64,000 nucleotides of DNA, from positions 629,253 to 693,252 of the forward strand of contig NZ_JAQNDN010000024.1 of assembly GCF_028369095.1 (NCBI RefSeq). The letters are read 5' to 3'. The position numbers and the translations under genes are program-made. Shown here one piece after another: positions 19,431 through 28,846 of this stretch (within the stretch, counting starts at the first letter, position 1; each line of letters opens with the position of its first letter). The stretch is from Nannocystis radixulma (lineage in GTDB: Bacteria; Myxococcota_A; Polyangia; Nannocystales; Nannocystaceae). The notes below the pieces were generated by a model. It worked only from the letters and a program-made list of their open reading frames with translations. It made no database searches and was not told the DNA's origin.

Positions 19431-20657
19431 TCAGGGGCGCGCGACGCGGGCGTTGCGGCGCGCGCCGGCGGCGGCAGCGGCCGGCGCGCGCTTCCACGGC
19501 CACCACGAGCGGCGCGGCGGCTCGGCGGTGCGCGCGAGGCGATCCGTCCGCGACGGGCGCTCGGGCGCGGGGGCGCGGTTGCGCTGATCGCTGATCCGCC
19601 ACGGGCGCGGGCGGCGGGAGATCGAGAGGAGGATCCCGGTGGCGCCCATGCTGACGAGCAGCGACGAGCCGCCGTACGACAGGAACGGGAGGGTGATGCC
19701 CTTGGCGGGGATCACATCGAGGACGACGGAGATGTTGATCAGGGCCTGGAAGCCGAACAGGGCCGAGAGGGCGACGGCGAGGTAGGTGCCGAAGCGGTCC
19801 GGGGCGCCGCGGGCGGCCACGAGGCCGCGCCACACCAGCAGGCAGAACAGGCCGATGACGGTCCACACGCCGACGAGGCCGAGCTCCTCGGCGATGCTGG
19901 CGAGGATGAAGTCGGTGTGGTTCTCGGGCAAAAACCCGAGCTTCTGCCGGCCGGCGCCGAGGCCGAGGCCCCACGTGCCGCCCGAGCCGACGGCGATCAG
20001 CGACTGCTGGATCTGGTACGACTGCTCGCCCGAGAGGAAGTCGAGCAGGCGGCCCTTCCGGAAGCCGACGCCGACGATCTGCGACCAGGCGAGCGGCGCG
20101 GCCAGCATCATGGCGGCGACCACGTAGGTGATCCGCGTGCCGGCGACGAACAGCGCGGTGAGGGTCACGGCGCCGAGGAGGATCGTGGTGCCGAGGTCCT
20201 TCTCGAGCAGGACCAGCAGCATGGTGATCGAGGCGATGAGGAGCGGCGGGAGGAAGCCGGCCTTGAAGCGGCGCACGCGCTCGCCCTGGCGGGCCAGGAC
20301 GGACGAGAGGAACATCGCCAGGAACACCTTGGCGAGCTCGCTCGGCTGGATGTTGATGCCGGGGGCGCGGATCCACCGACGCGCGCCGTTGACCTCGTCG
20401 CCGACGGCGAGCACGAGGAGGAGGCCGAGCAGGCCGATGCCCATCAGGTGGGGGGCGAAGCGGCGGAACAGCCGGTAGTCGAGCCGCGAGGTGAGGACCA
20501 TGACGGCGGTGCCGAGCGCGAACAGCACGCTCTGGCGGCCGAGGAAGTACTCCCAGTCGTGGTAGCGCACCCGCGCGGTGTAGACGCTGGCGCTGTAGAC
20601 CATGACGAGGCCGAGGCAGGCCAGCGACATGGCGGCGAAGAACAACCACGGGTCCAT
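19431..20657 (-). CDS. SEDS-family glycosyltransferase (FtsW/RodA/SpoVE)
   Basis: Start taken at MDPWLFFAAMSLACLGLVMVYSAS, the typical SEDS N-terminus. Ten hydrophobic segments. Not in a dcw context, so probably a paralogue. Confidence 0.8.
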   Translation of the reverse strand: MDPWLFFAAMSLACLGLVMVYSASVYTARVRYHDWEYFLGRQSVLFALGTAVMVLTSRLDYRLFRRFAPHLMGIGLLGLLLVLAVGDEVNGARRWIRAPGINIQPSELAKVFLAMFLSSVLARQGERVRRFKAGFLPPLLIASITMLLVLLEKDLGTTILLGAVTLTALFVAGTRITYVVAAMMLAAPLAWSQIVGVGFRKGRLLDFLSGEQSYQIQQSLIAVGSGGTWGLGLGAGRQKLGFLPENHTDFILASIAEELGLVGVWTVIGLFCLLVWRGLVAARGAPDRFGTYLAVALSALFGFQALINISVVLDVIPAKGITLPFLSYGGSSLLVSMGATGILLSISRRPRPWRISDQRNRAPAPERPSRTDRLARTAEPPRRSWWPWKRAPAAAAAGARRNARVARP

Positions 20658-20978
20658 GGCCCGCCGCTCGTCGCCCTGGTCCCCCACGGGCGACGGCGAG
20701 CCCTCTGCGGGCTCGGCGATCGGGTCGCCGTCGCAGTCGGGGGCGGCTGCCTCGCTCGGGGTCACGCCCAGGGGCTCGCACATGTGCGCGCGCGAGGCGA
20801 GTTTTCGGCGCAAACCGAGGGGGTGCGCAGGCGCGCAGCGCCAGGTTGACAGACCGGCGTGTCAACTTGACCTCCGGCCGTGCCCAAATGGCGCCAGGGC
20901 GGCCGCGCGGAGGCGTTTTGACGATTTCGGCGGGGCCTTGCGCGAAGCCGGGGGGTCGCGTCATCCTCACGGACGTCC

Positions 20979-22136
20979 ATGCAGCTCCCGCGTCGTCCGC
21001 TCCACGGCCTGTGCGTCGTGCTCGCAGCCTCGCTGATCGCACCCCCCGTGGTGGCCAAGCCGGCGAAGACCAAGGAAGCGGCGCCGGTCGGCACCGCGAG
21101 CACGAGCAGGCCGATCGACTCCGACATGCCGGAGGCCGGCGACGAGGCGATCCCCGACGCCCCACTCGAGGAGGGCCAGGTCGCGCCCGGGTCCCGCGCC
21201 ACCAGCGGCGCTGGGCCGCAGAAGGGTTCGGGCATCACGATGTCGCGCAAGCCGAACGTCGGCAGCGACACCCTGGCCCTGCAGTTCGACGTCGAGGCGT
21301 CGGCCCGCTTCGACGAGGGCAACTACCGCGAGGCGGCCCGCCTGTGGGTCAAGGCGCTCGAGGCCCTGTCCGAGAACGAGTCGAACCACACGGTCCGCTC
21401 GGCGATGCTGCTCAACGCGGTCACCGCCTACGAGCAGCTGTACGTCGAGACCGGCGAGGTCGAGATGCTCAAGCGCGGGCAGCTCATCATCGGTGACTAC
21501 TTGCGCGCCTGCAAGAAGCGCTACGGCACCGGCTGCGACCGCTTCCCCGAGACCGCCGACGCCCGCAAGCGGCTCGAAGAATTGATGAAGCGGATCGACG
21601 AGGCGCAGCCGAAGATCAAGAAGATCGCGCCCGAGATCGACACGGCGCCGGGCGGGCGGCCGTTCAACCGCATGGTCAAGCAGCCGGCGGCGCCACCGTG
21701 GATCGGGGCCGCGTTCGCCGTCGGCACGGTGATGGCCGCGGGCGGCGTGGCGCTGGCCTACTGGGCTCGCACCAGCCCGCGCTTCGACCCGGTCGACGAG
21801 ACGCTCGCCGAGCGCGGCCGCGTCCGCTTCCGCGAGGAGGGCGACGGGACCGACACGGGCGGGGACACGGGTACCGATACCGGGGACACGGGCGGGGACA
21901 CGGGCGGGGACTCGGCCGGAGTGCTGACGCAGGTCGAGCTGCGGCCCGAGGTCAAGGGCGACCTGGTCACCGTCGCCGGTGTGTTCGTCGCCATCGCCGG
22001 CGTGGGCCTCATCGTCCTGGCCTCGGTCAAGCTGTCCAAGCACCGCCGGCTCAACCGCGAGCGCGCGTCGGAGCTGTCGCTGTTCCCGACGCTCAACCGC
22101 GGCGGCGGCGGCATCGGCCTGAGCGGCCGGTTCTAG
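20979..22136 (+). CDS. secreted/membrane-anchored protein, function unknown
   Basis: Signal peptide MQLPRRPLHGLCVVLAASLIAPPVVA; two TM segments flanking a GDTGTDTGDTGGDTGGDS repeat; GC3-rich. Confidence 0.55.
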   Translation: MQLPRRPLHGLCVVLAASLIAPPVVAKPAKTKEAAPVGTASTSRPIDSDMPEAGDEAIPDAPLEEGQVAPGSRATSGAGPQKGSGITMSRKPNVGSDTLALQFDVEASARFDEGNYREAARLWVKALEALSENESNHTVRSAMLLNAVTAYEQLYVETGEVEMLKRGQLIIGDYLRACKKRYGTGCDRFPETADARKRLEELMKRIDEAQPKIKKIAPEIDTAPGGRPFNRMVKQPAAPPWIGAAFAVGTVMAAGGVALAYWARTSPRFDPVDETLAERGRVRFREEGDGTDTGGDTGTDTGDTGGDTGGDSAGVLTQVELRPEVKGDLVTVAGVFVAIAGVGLIVLASVKLSKHRRLNRERASELSLFPTLNRGGGGIGLSGRF

Positions 22137-22239
22137 CGACCTGACCGATCGGCCAGGCGAACGTCGATGCCTCGCGGTCGCCGTGGCGAGTGACGGGCGT
22201 GGCTTCCCGCGCGGCTCGGCGGGTGCTACGGTCGCAGCG

Positions 22240-23085
22240 ATGGCACTGAAGACGATCAGCGAGAGCCGCTGCTTCGGCGGCGTACAGGGGACCTACAGCC
22301 ACGCGTCGACGGCGACGGGGACGGAGATGCGGCTGTCGGTGTTCGTGCCCGAGGAGGGCACGCGGCGCGCCCTGCCGGTCGTCGTCTACCTGTCGGGGCT
22401 GTCGTGCACCGAGGAGAACTTCACGGTCAAGGCCGGGGCCCAGCGCTACGCGGCCGAGCTGGGGCTCATCGTGGTGGCGCCCGACACCAGCCCGCGCGGG
22501 CCGAACGTCGCCGACGACCCGGCCTACGACCTCGGGCAGGGCGCGGGGTTCTACGTCGACGCGCTGCAGTCGCCGTGGGCGCCGCACTTTCGCATGTACT
22601 CGTACGTGGCCGAGGAGCTGCCGGCGCTGATCGCCACCAACTTCCCGCAGCGGCCCGGCGCGCTCGGGATCATGGGCCACTCGATGGGCGGCCACGGGGC
22701 GCTGGTGCTCGGGCTGCGCGAGCAGGCGCTGTTCGGTTCGGTGTCGGCGCTGGCCCCGATAGCGACGCCGTCGCAGGTGCCGTGGGGGATCAAGGCGTTC
22801 TCGGCGTACCTCGGGCCGGACGCGGCGCTGTGGCGCCCATACGACGCGACGGCGCTGATCGAGGACGGCCACCGCCGCGCCGACGTGCTGCGCATCGATC
22901 AGGGCGAGGCCGACAAGTTCCTCGGCGAGCAGCTCCGACCGGAGGTGTTCGCGGCGGCGTGCGAGCGGGCGGGCCAGCCGGTCGAGGTGCGCCGGCACCC
23001 GGGCTACGACCACGGGTACTTCTTCGTGGCGACGGTGATCGGCGACCACCTGCGCCACCACGCCGAGCTGCTGGCGCGCCGCTGA
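22240..23085 (+). CDS. frmB: S-formylglutathione hydrolase (esterase D family)
   Basis: MALKTISESRCFGGVQ...VFVPEEG N-terminus and GHSMGGHGAL nucleophile elbow are near-identical to the esterase D/FrmB family. 281 aa. Confidence 0.9.
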   Translation: MALKTISESRCFGGVQGTYSHASTATGTEMRLSVFVPEEGTRRALPVVVYLSGLSCTEENFTVKAGAQRYAAELGLIVVAPDTSPRGPNVADDPAYDLGQGAGFYVDALQSPWAPHFRMYSYVAEELPALIATNFPQRPGALGIMGHSMGGHGALVLGLREQALFGSVSALAPIATPSQVPWGIKAFSAYLGPDAALWRPYDATALIEDGHRRADVLRIDQGEADKFLGEQLRPEVFAAACERAGQPVEVRRHPGYDHGYFFVATVIGDHLRHHAELLARR

Positions 23086-23926
23086 GTCGGGCCGGACGAT
23101 GCCTGCGCGGCGGCGAGACGGGCGATCGGGTGGCGCCGGGCCGATGCTTCCCCCGGAGCCTCCGTTGCGCGCCGCCACACTTCAGCATCCGCCTTGCTCC
23201 CGGACTCGAGACCCTTTCCGGGATAGCTCGGATCGAGGCGGAGAAAATTGCAGAGCTTCATATAGACGTCGCTCGGGTTCCTGAACGATGTCGCGGCGGC
23301 GCGGGTCTCATGCAGCGGGAGCTCGTTCAAGACCTCGCTGAGCTGCAGTACTTCCGGGTGGGTCTTGGAGATCTTGTCCGGGCGGTGTCTGAAATACAGG
23401 TCGAGCGCGAGGATCAGCTCGTCACGGGTCCAAGGGGGAGAACGCGGCCTCTGGAACGCCTCCGGCAGCGCAGACTCGCCGCGGAGGTGTCCCTTCGCCT
23501 GCTCGACCGCGTAAGCGTAGAGGCACACCTTGTCGAGCAGCGCGGGCACATCTGCCGTCGTTCCGAGTTGCAGCGGCCACCGTGCTCCGCGTCCAATCCG
23601 CCGAGAGCATCATTGGCTCCGGGCGCGGTCTTTCGGATAGCCTCGACGAGGTCTCGTCGACTGACGGCGGCGCGGATGGTGACCCTACCAGACTGAAAAA
23701 ATCCGACGGCGCCGTCGATCTCTGTCGTGCATTCATCGCCGTTGAATTGGATGGACGCTCCGGCGCCATAGCGAACGGCCTCGTTTATGTGTATAGCCTT
23801 GCAGATTAGATCGTCTGGCGTGAAATTCTCGTAGAACCCGAACAATGTCTGCACATCGCCCTCGTGGGGCCGGAAGATCCAGCATTTTGTCGATTGATGG
23901 CTACCTCCGCGATATCCCAAGCGCAT
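23004..23926 (-). pseudogene. frameshifted/truncated gene remnant (HNH-nuclease-associated N-terminal-like fragment WTRDELILALDLYF...NPSDVYMKLCNFLRLDP)
   Basis: Two protein-like ORF pieces (23926->about 23580 and 23549->about 23150) in different frames overlap, each followed by Arg-rich junk. The 3' end runs 82 nt into the convergent frmB. Local GC is lower. Confidence 0.4.
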
Positions 23927-24483
23927 ATCGCTCGTCTCACGCTGCACTTCTCCGAGGCGGGTCCGCAGCGGACGTTCTGAGAGCGCTGCTGTTTTCGCGG
24001 AATCCGCGCGCCCGAGCTGCCGCGGGCGGCCAAGTGGCGCGTGCCAAGCCGTGTTGGCGCTCAGAAGCGGGCCTTGGCGACCCGCGCCCCGGCCGAGCCA
24101 CCGGGAGGCGCCCGAGCTGCCGACGCGCCTGGCGACCCCCGCGTGCAAGGTCGCCCCAAGCGCGACGTCAGCACGCCGAACTCGATCCGTCTGTTGACGT
24201 TGCCCCCTCGGGCGCCTCGTCGAGCAGCTCGCCGAGCAGCCGGTCGACCTGGTCCCCGCTGAGCGGCCGCAGCTCGAGCTCCGTCTACCGGGATCGATGC
24301 GACGGCGCCGACGCGAGCGTCCAGACTTCTTGTGCTCAGGTGTTTCCTGGCCAGCCAAGCGGTCTCCTAGCCTAGCCTGGTAGGCCGCTGACGGCGAAAT
24401 CCGGCTCCCCTGTAATAGCCTAGCCAGACTGTTCAACGATAATTTCATTGACTTCTCTCGATGCGTCGAATACTGACAATTCA

Positions 24484-25833
24484 ATGTCAGAAATTCGGTT
24501 GGCTCTCTCGTTGGTTATTCTCTCATCCTGCGCAGGTGACGATGGTGGTGCCGGCGGGCCCGCTCTCCAGCTTATGAGTGAACAAACGCTGGCCGCCGAG
24601 ATGGGGCCGATCGACGACACCCTACGCTCGATTGTCGAGTTGCGCACTGAATTCCGTGTCGCGCCTGAAGTCGAGTGGACCGAGGACGCGGAACAGGAAG
24701 CGTGGGAACTTCGGTACCGATTCGCGCGGGCGCTCCAGGGGGCCATGGGGGCCGAGGCGTTGCTGGCTCGCAGCGGCGATTCGCAGGTCGTCACGGTCGA
24801 ATATCTCGGTAAGGGGGTCATCGGCGACGGTCCGAATGGTGAGCCGCCGGGGCCGAGCGGCGACGAGCCCCCCGCTGTTCCGGAGTACATGAAGGATGGC
24901 GCTCGGTGGCTGGACGGCTTCTCTGTGGAGACGCAAAACGAATACCGGGTCCGCATTCCGAAGGATTTCAGCCGTGCGGTCGGCGAGCAGGCCGTCCTGG
25001 ATGGGATTCATCTCGGCAGCGGCGACATCGACGCCGAGGACGTGCCGCGCGGCTTTTCGGACGGAACGGACGATCGGCAATTTTTCGGTTTACTCAACAC
25101 CGCGCACACGAATTCCAACTACAAGAGGCTCGTATCGATCAATAGTAGTTCGAACGGCGGCTGCTCAGGAGCGCTCATCGGGCCGAAGCACACGGTGACC
25201 GCTGCGCATTGCGTGTGGAAGTGGACTGCAGAGAATGCCGGGACTTGGAGCGTCGGCACTCTGCGCGCCGGCCGAAACGGCACCGATTGGCATGCTGATG
25301 CCACTATTTCGAGTGATCAATGGTACTGGGTCCCGTCCCAATACCGTGCCTCGTTCTGGTATCCGGGGGCGGGCGTGTGGGACATCGGTGTGTTCGTCAC
25401 GCACAGCGGGAGGATGGGAGAGGACCCGGACATCAACGGGTGGTTCGGATGGTGGTGGACCTCGAGCAACACCAGCTTCGAGACCTATCTCAAGAATCTT
25501 CGCGGATATCCCGCCTGCGGCTTGTCTAACCCTCCCCAGAATTGCCAGCAAAACCATCTCTACGGCGACACGACCTCCTGCAGCGTGGGGGGTTACAGCA
25601 CCACCTACACGGATTCTGCGGGGGTCCCGTTGCGGTTCAAACACTCGTGTGACGCGAGCGCAGGAATGAGCGGCAGTGCGATCTACGAGTTCAACGGCGC
25701 GCAAAACGCGGTGTTTGTGATCGGCGTCCATACCGGGTACGACGGTACAGTCGGTGTGATCCCGTACTACGCGACCAGGATTACCCGCGACTACAGCGAC
25801 GACATCAGCTGGTTGAGAACCACCTACCCTTGA
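24484..25833 (+). CDS. secreted trypsin-fold (S1 family) serine protease, lipoprotein-type signal
   Basis: MSEIRLALSLVILSSCAG signal; TAAHC (His) and GMSGSAIY (Ser) catalytic motifs; AT-rich region immediately upstream. Confidence 0.8.
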   Translation: MSEIRLALSLVILSSCAGDDGGAGGPALQLMSEQTLAAEMGPIDDTLRSIVELRTEFRVAPEVEWTEDAEQEAWELRYRFARALQGAMGAEALLARSGDSQVVTVEYLGKGVIGDGPNGEPPGPSGDEPPAVPEYMKDGARWLDGFSVETQNEYRVRIPKDFSRAVGEQAVLDGIHLGSGDIDAEDVPRGFSDGTDDRQFFGLLNTAHTNSNYKRLVSINSSSNGGCSGALIGPKHTVTAAHCVWKWTAENAGTWSVGTLRAGRNGTDWHADATISSDQWYWVPSQYRASFWYPGAGVWDIGVFVTHSGRMGEDPDINGWFGWWWTSSNTSFETYLKNLRGYPACGLSNPPQNCQQNHLYGDTTSCSVGGYSTTYTDSAGVPLRFKHSCDASAGMSGSAIYEFNGAQNAVFVIGVHTGYDGTVGVIPYYATRITRDYSDDISWLRTTYP

Positions 25834-26993
25834 TGCCCGCTCTGCTCTACCCCGCGCACCCCTGTACGGGCGTCGCTCTCCGGGTTGTGGCCCTCGCCAC
25901 GGCCCGGGGCGTGTTCGTCTCTCTCTTGCTTGCCTGCGGTAATGACACGTCGGGAGAGACTTCGGCGATGAGCACGACTTCGATCGGCGCGTCCGAGTCC
26001 GGAGCCGGCACGACCGACGACCCCACCAGCGGCGGGCCGGGCGTGCAGGTCGTGGTCCCTGACGCGGTGTCGCTCTGTGCAAACTCCCATATCTCTACGA
26101 CTGTACCCGAGGCGTTCGCGCTCAACGCTCGGCTCGAGATCCCTGCCGGGAAGTCCGGCCTCGGACCCCGGGTAGAATGGCCTGTGGACGAAGACGGGAT
26201 GCCGCAAGGCCCTCCGCCGTCTGGCGAAGATATCGAGTTGAACGCAACCATCCAATTCCCGAACACGGACGCAGGGATGCACGCGTTCGGCGGAGGAAAC
26301 TGGGCGGCCATTCAGGACCGCGACGTTTGGGGAGGTGACGCACCCGGGCTCGTCTGGATGTCGCCCGCGAAATTCCCGACGAGCGAGAGTGCGCCACTCC
26401 GGGCGGCTTTTTTGCGCGTCGGGCTCGCTGGCGTCCCGGACGCGCAAGAGTCGTTGTATCTGCGGCCTCCATCCACGCCGGAGGAGGCGCATGGCTTCAA
26501 CGTCATCGTCGGCTGCGACAACTCGGCGGTGGACGCGTGCTCGATCGGTACCGTGCCGCAGCCTCAGGGGATCGGCATCGAGCTTGTTCCGTGCGATTTT
26601 GGGGAGTTGCCGGTCCGTCGATGGACGGTGGAGACCGCGAGGGGCACCTTCAGATTCGAGATCCAGAACCTCGAGCGTCTGTTTAGTTTCCATCAAGGAC
26701 TGGCGCTCCTGCTCCGCGTCGAGGGAGAACTCGACGGCCAGCCATTCGTGCAAGACGACGTGATGTCGTTGACCATGGCTCGGGGCAGTTTCAGTCCTAC
26801 TGGGCTGGGCGACAGCCTCGGCGTGTTGTTCCGGGAACCCCTCGCCGGCACGTGCGGCGTCCTCGTCGAGAACCTCGACTTCGAGCCGCAGAGTCCCTTG
26901 GACCCGCTCGGTCGGATCGCCTACGAAATCACCTGTGAGCGCGAGCGAGGTGCGGCGTTCGAGGTCTACGGCTACGCCGAAGACTGGCTCTGA
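25830..26993 (+). CDS. lipoprotein co-transcribed with the S1 protease (candidate inhibitor/partner)
   Basis: ATG overlaps the protease stop codon (ATGA coupling). Lipobox LLLACGND; 387 aa protein-like. Confidence 0.65.
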   Translation: MMPALLYPAHPCTGVALRVVALATARGVFVSLLLACGNDTSGETSAMSTTSIGASESGAGTTDDPTSGGPGVQVVVPDAVSLCANSHISTTVPEAFALNARLEIPAGKSGLGPRVEWPVDEDGMPQGPPPSGEDIELNATIQFPNTDAGMHAFGGGNWAAIQDRDVWGGDAPGLVWMSPAKFPTSESAPLRAAFLRVGLAGVPDAQESLYLRPPSTPEEAHGFNVIVGCDNSAVDACSIGTVPQPQGIGIELVPCDFGELPVRRWTVETARGTFRFEIQNLERLFSFHQGLALLLRVEGELDGQPFVQDDVMSLTMARGSFSPTGLGDSLGVLFREPLAGTCGVLVENLDFEPQSPLDPLGRIAYEITCERERGAAFEVYGYAEDWL

Positions 26994-27100
26994 CAGCAAT
27001 GTGCGCCGATGATCGCCGTGTAGCGTAAGTCCTTTGCCACCAAGACCGACCCAGCCAGGGCGTCCCTCGAAGCTCTTGCGCAGGCGACTGACACCCCGCG

Positions 27101-27487
27101 TCACGCGCCTGGAGAACCGCCTGCGCGAGAGCACCGGACCGCACGAGTCGAGCGTGTCGTGCCTGACCGGGAGACGAAGAGGGCTGAGGCGCTCGCGGCA
27201 GCGGCATCGAACAATTGACGTGCGTCGCTCCGACGCGAGATCCCGCGGCTCAAGCCGTCGATCGTCTCGGCCCGCTGCGGGGGGTGGGCGGTGAGCATGT
27301 TGAGGATGGGATCGAGCTGCTGGAGGCGCTCGATCAGCGCCTTGATCCCTGCTTCGTTGTTCGGCGATGCCCACGCCTGGTGAGCTCGCTTCGTCGGTTG
27401 CGAGGGCTGGCTCGGGTCGACGGCCTTGACGGCGACGTCCAGCCAGTCGTTTCCGACGTCGATTCCGACGAAGTACACGCTCTTCAT
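27101..27487 (-). mobile_element. IS110-family transposase N-terminal fragment (truncated, inactive)
   Basis: MKSVYFVGIDVGNDWLDVAV...NNEAGIKALIERLQQLDPI matches the IS110 N-terminal module and then degenerates. No intact transposase ORF. Confidence 0.55.
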
Positions 27488-27951
27488 GTGTCGTTCTTCC
27501 CTTCCGTGGCTGTGCTGCTCGTTGCTTCGCTTGACCTACCGCCCACCCTTGCAGGATTCGAGCTGACTGACGCTCTTGCAGTTGTTCGGGCTCTTGAGGT
27601 CAAACTCGGACGACGGGGCCTCGTCTCACGCGCGGGCTCGGCGCCCCAGGGACCCACGGCCTCTCGATGTCCTCCAGGAAGCGCGGGCCGAGTCCGCGTC
27701 GACATCCAGAAAATCAAGATCGAACTCCGGGGGACCACACTCGCTAACGGGCTCGAAGCCCCAGGGACCCTCGGCCTCCCCGAAGTTCTGGAGGCTTCGC
27801 CCTGTCGGGCTCACCTCGGCGGGGAACATACAAGGGACCCGCGCCGCCGCTCCGTGCCCGCCGTCACCGGCTCTCCACAGCCCCGCGTCTTCGGTCGCGC
27901 GCTTGTCTCAGGCGCGCGCGCGCGAGGCTCACCCGCGCCAACGTCAGGCTG

Positions 27952-28815
27952 CTAGATCGGGCAGCCGGGCTCGCCCATGTCGCAGCAGAGGCACGCCGAG
28001 GTGCCCATGTCTTCGCCGCAGAAGCCGTGGTCGTAGAGGGTCATCATGTCGTCGCCGACCTCGGTGCACTGGACGAAGCAGTCGAACTCGGCCAGCTTGC
28101 CGTAGATGCAGGTGTTGAGGTTGGTCTGGTCGGCGCAGCTGGGGGCGTCGGCGTTGTCGCACGGGGTGCCGGGGCCGTCGCCGCACACGAACTCGACGTT
28201 CTTGCCGTCGTCGACGCAGCCGTAGGCGAAGTCGTAGCCGTCGAAGTTGCAGCTGTCCTTGGCGAGGTTGGGCTCGAGCACCCACTCGGTGCCCTCGCAG
28301 CGGTAGACCTCGCTGCCCTCGGGGCCGCAGGCTTCGGTCATCGTGCACCAGAACTGGCCGTTGCTGCAGGCGTCGGGCGGCGGCTGGGCGCCCATGCACT
28401 CGGGGCCGCCGGTGGTGGTGCTCTCACCCTCGGTGGTCTCGGCGGTGGTGCTCGCGGTGACCTCGGTCGTGCTGGTGCTCGAGGTCTCCGGGAGGCTGGT
28501 GGCCTCGGTCTCGGTGGTCGGCTCGGTGGTGGTCGGCGTGGTCGTCGAGGTCGGCTCGACGGTCGTGGTGCCGACGCTCGGCGAGGAGGTGGTCTCGTCG
28601 ATCGGACAGCACGACAGGTCGTTGGGGTCGTCGGTGCAGTACTCGAAGCCTTCGTCGCAGTAGCAGGTCTCGCCGTCGAGGTAGGAGTTCGGGTCGTCGC
28701 ACACGAACTCGCTGCTGGTGTCGGATTCGCTGGTGGTTTCGCCGCCCGTGATGATGCAGCCGGGCACGAGCGCCAGAGCGACGAAGAGCGCGATTTTGCG
28801 AGGTAAGCGAGCCAT
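27952..28815 (-). CDS. Cys-rich secreted lipoprotein with Thr-rich linker
   Basis: MARLPRKIALFVALALVPGC lipobox; ETT/TST linker; many CxxC / CxDG motifs. Confidence 0.6.
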   Translation of the reverse strand: MARLPRKIALFVALALVPGCIITGGETTSESDTSSEFVCDDPNSYLDGETCYCDEGFEYCTDDPNDLSCCPIDETTSSPSVGTTTVEPTSTTTPTTTEPTTETEATSLPETSSTSTTEVTASTTAETTEGESTTTGGPECMGAQPPPDACSNGQFWCTMTEACGPEGSEVYRCEGTEWVLEPNLAKDSCNFDGYDFAYGCVDDGKNVEFVCGDGPGTPCDNADAPSCADQTNLNTCIYGKLAEFDCFVQCTEVGDDMMTLYDHGFCGEDMGTSACLCCDMGEPGCPI

Positions 28816-28846
28816 GGCGAAAAAATGACACAACCCGCCGCGCGCG

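Noticed and set aside
18964-21165. 733-aa minus ORF and 561-aa plus ORF (19164..20849) overlapping the SEDS gene
   Set aside because: Arg/Pro-rich junk; the SEDS frame has 10 TM helices and the canonical N-terminus.
22404-23696. 430-aa +3-frame ORF across frmB and downstream
   Set aside because: Out-of-frame with the esterase D motifs; Arg/Gly/Ala-rich.
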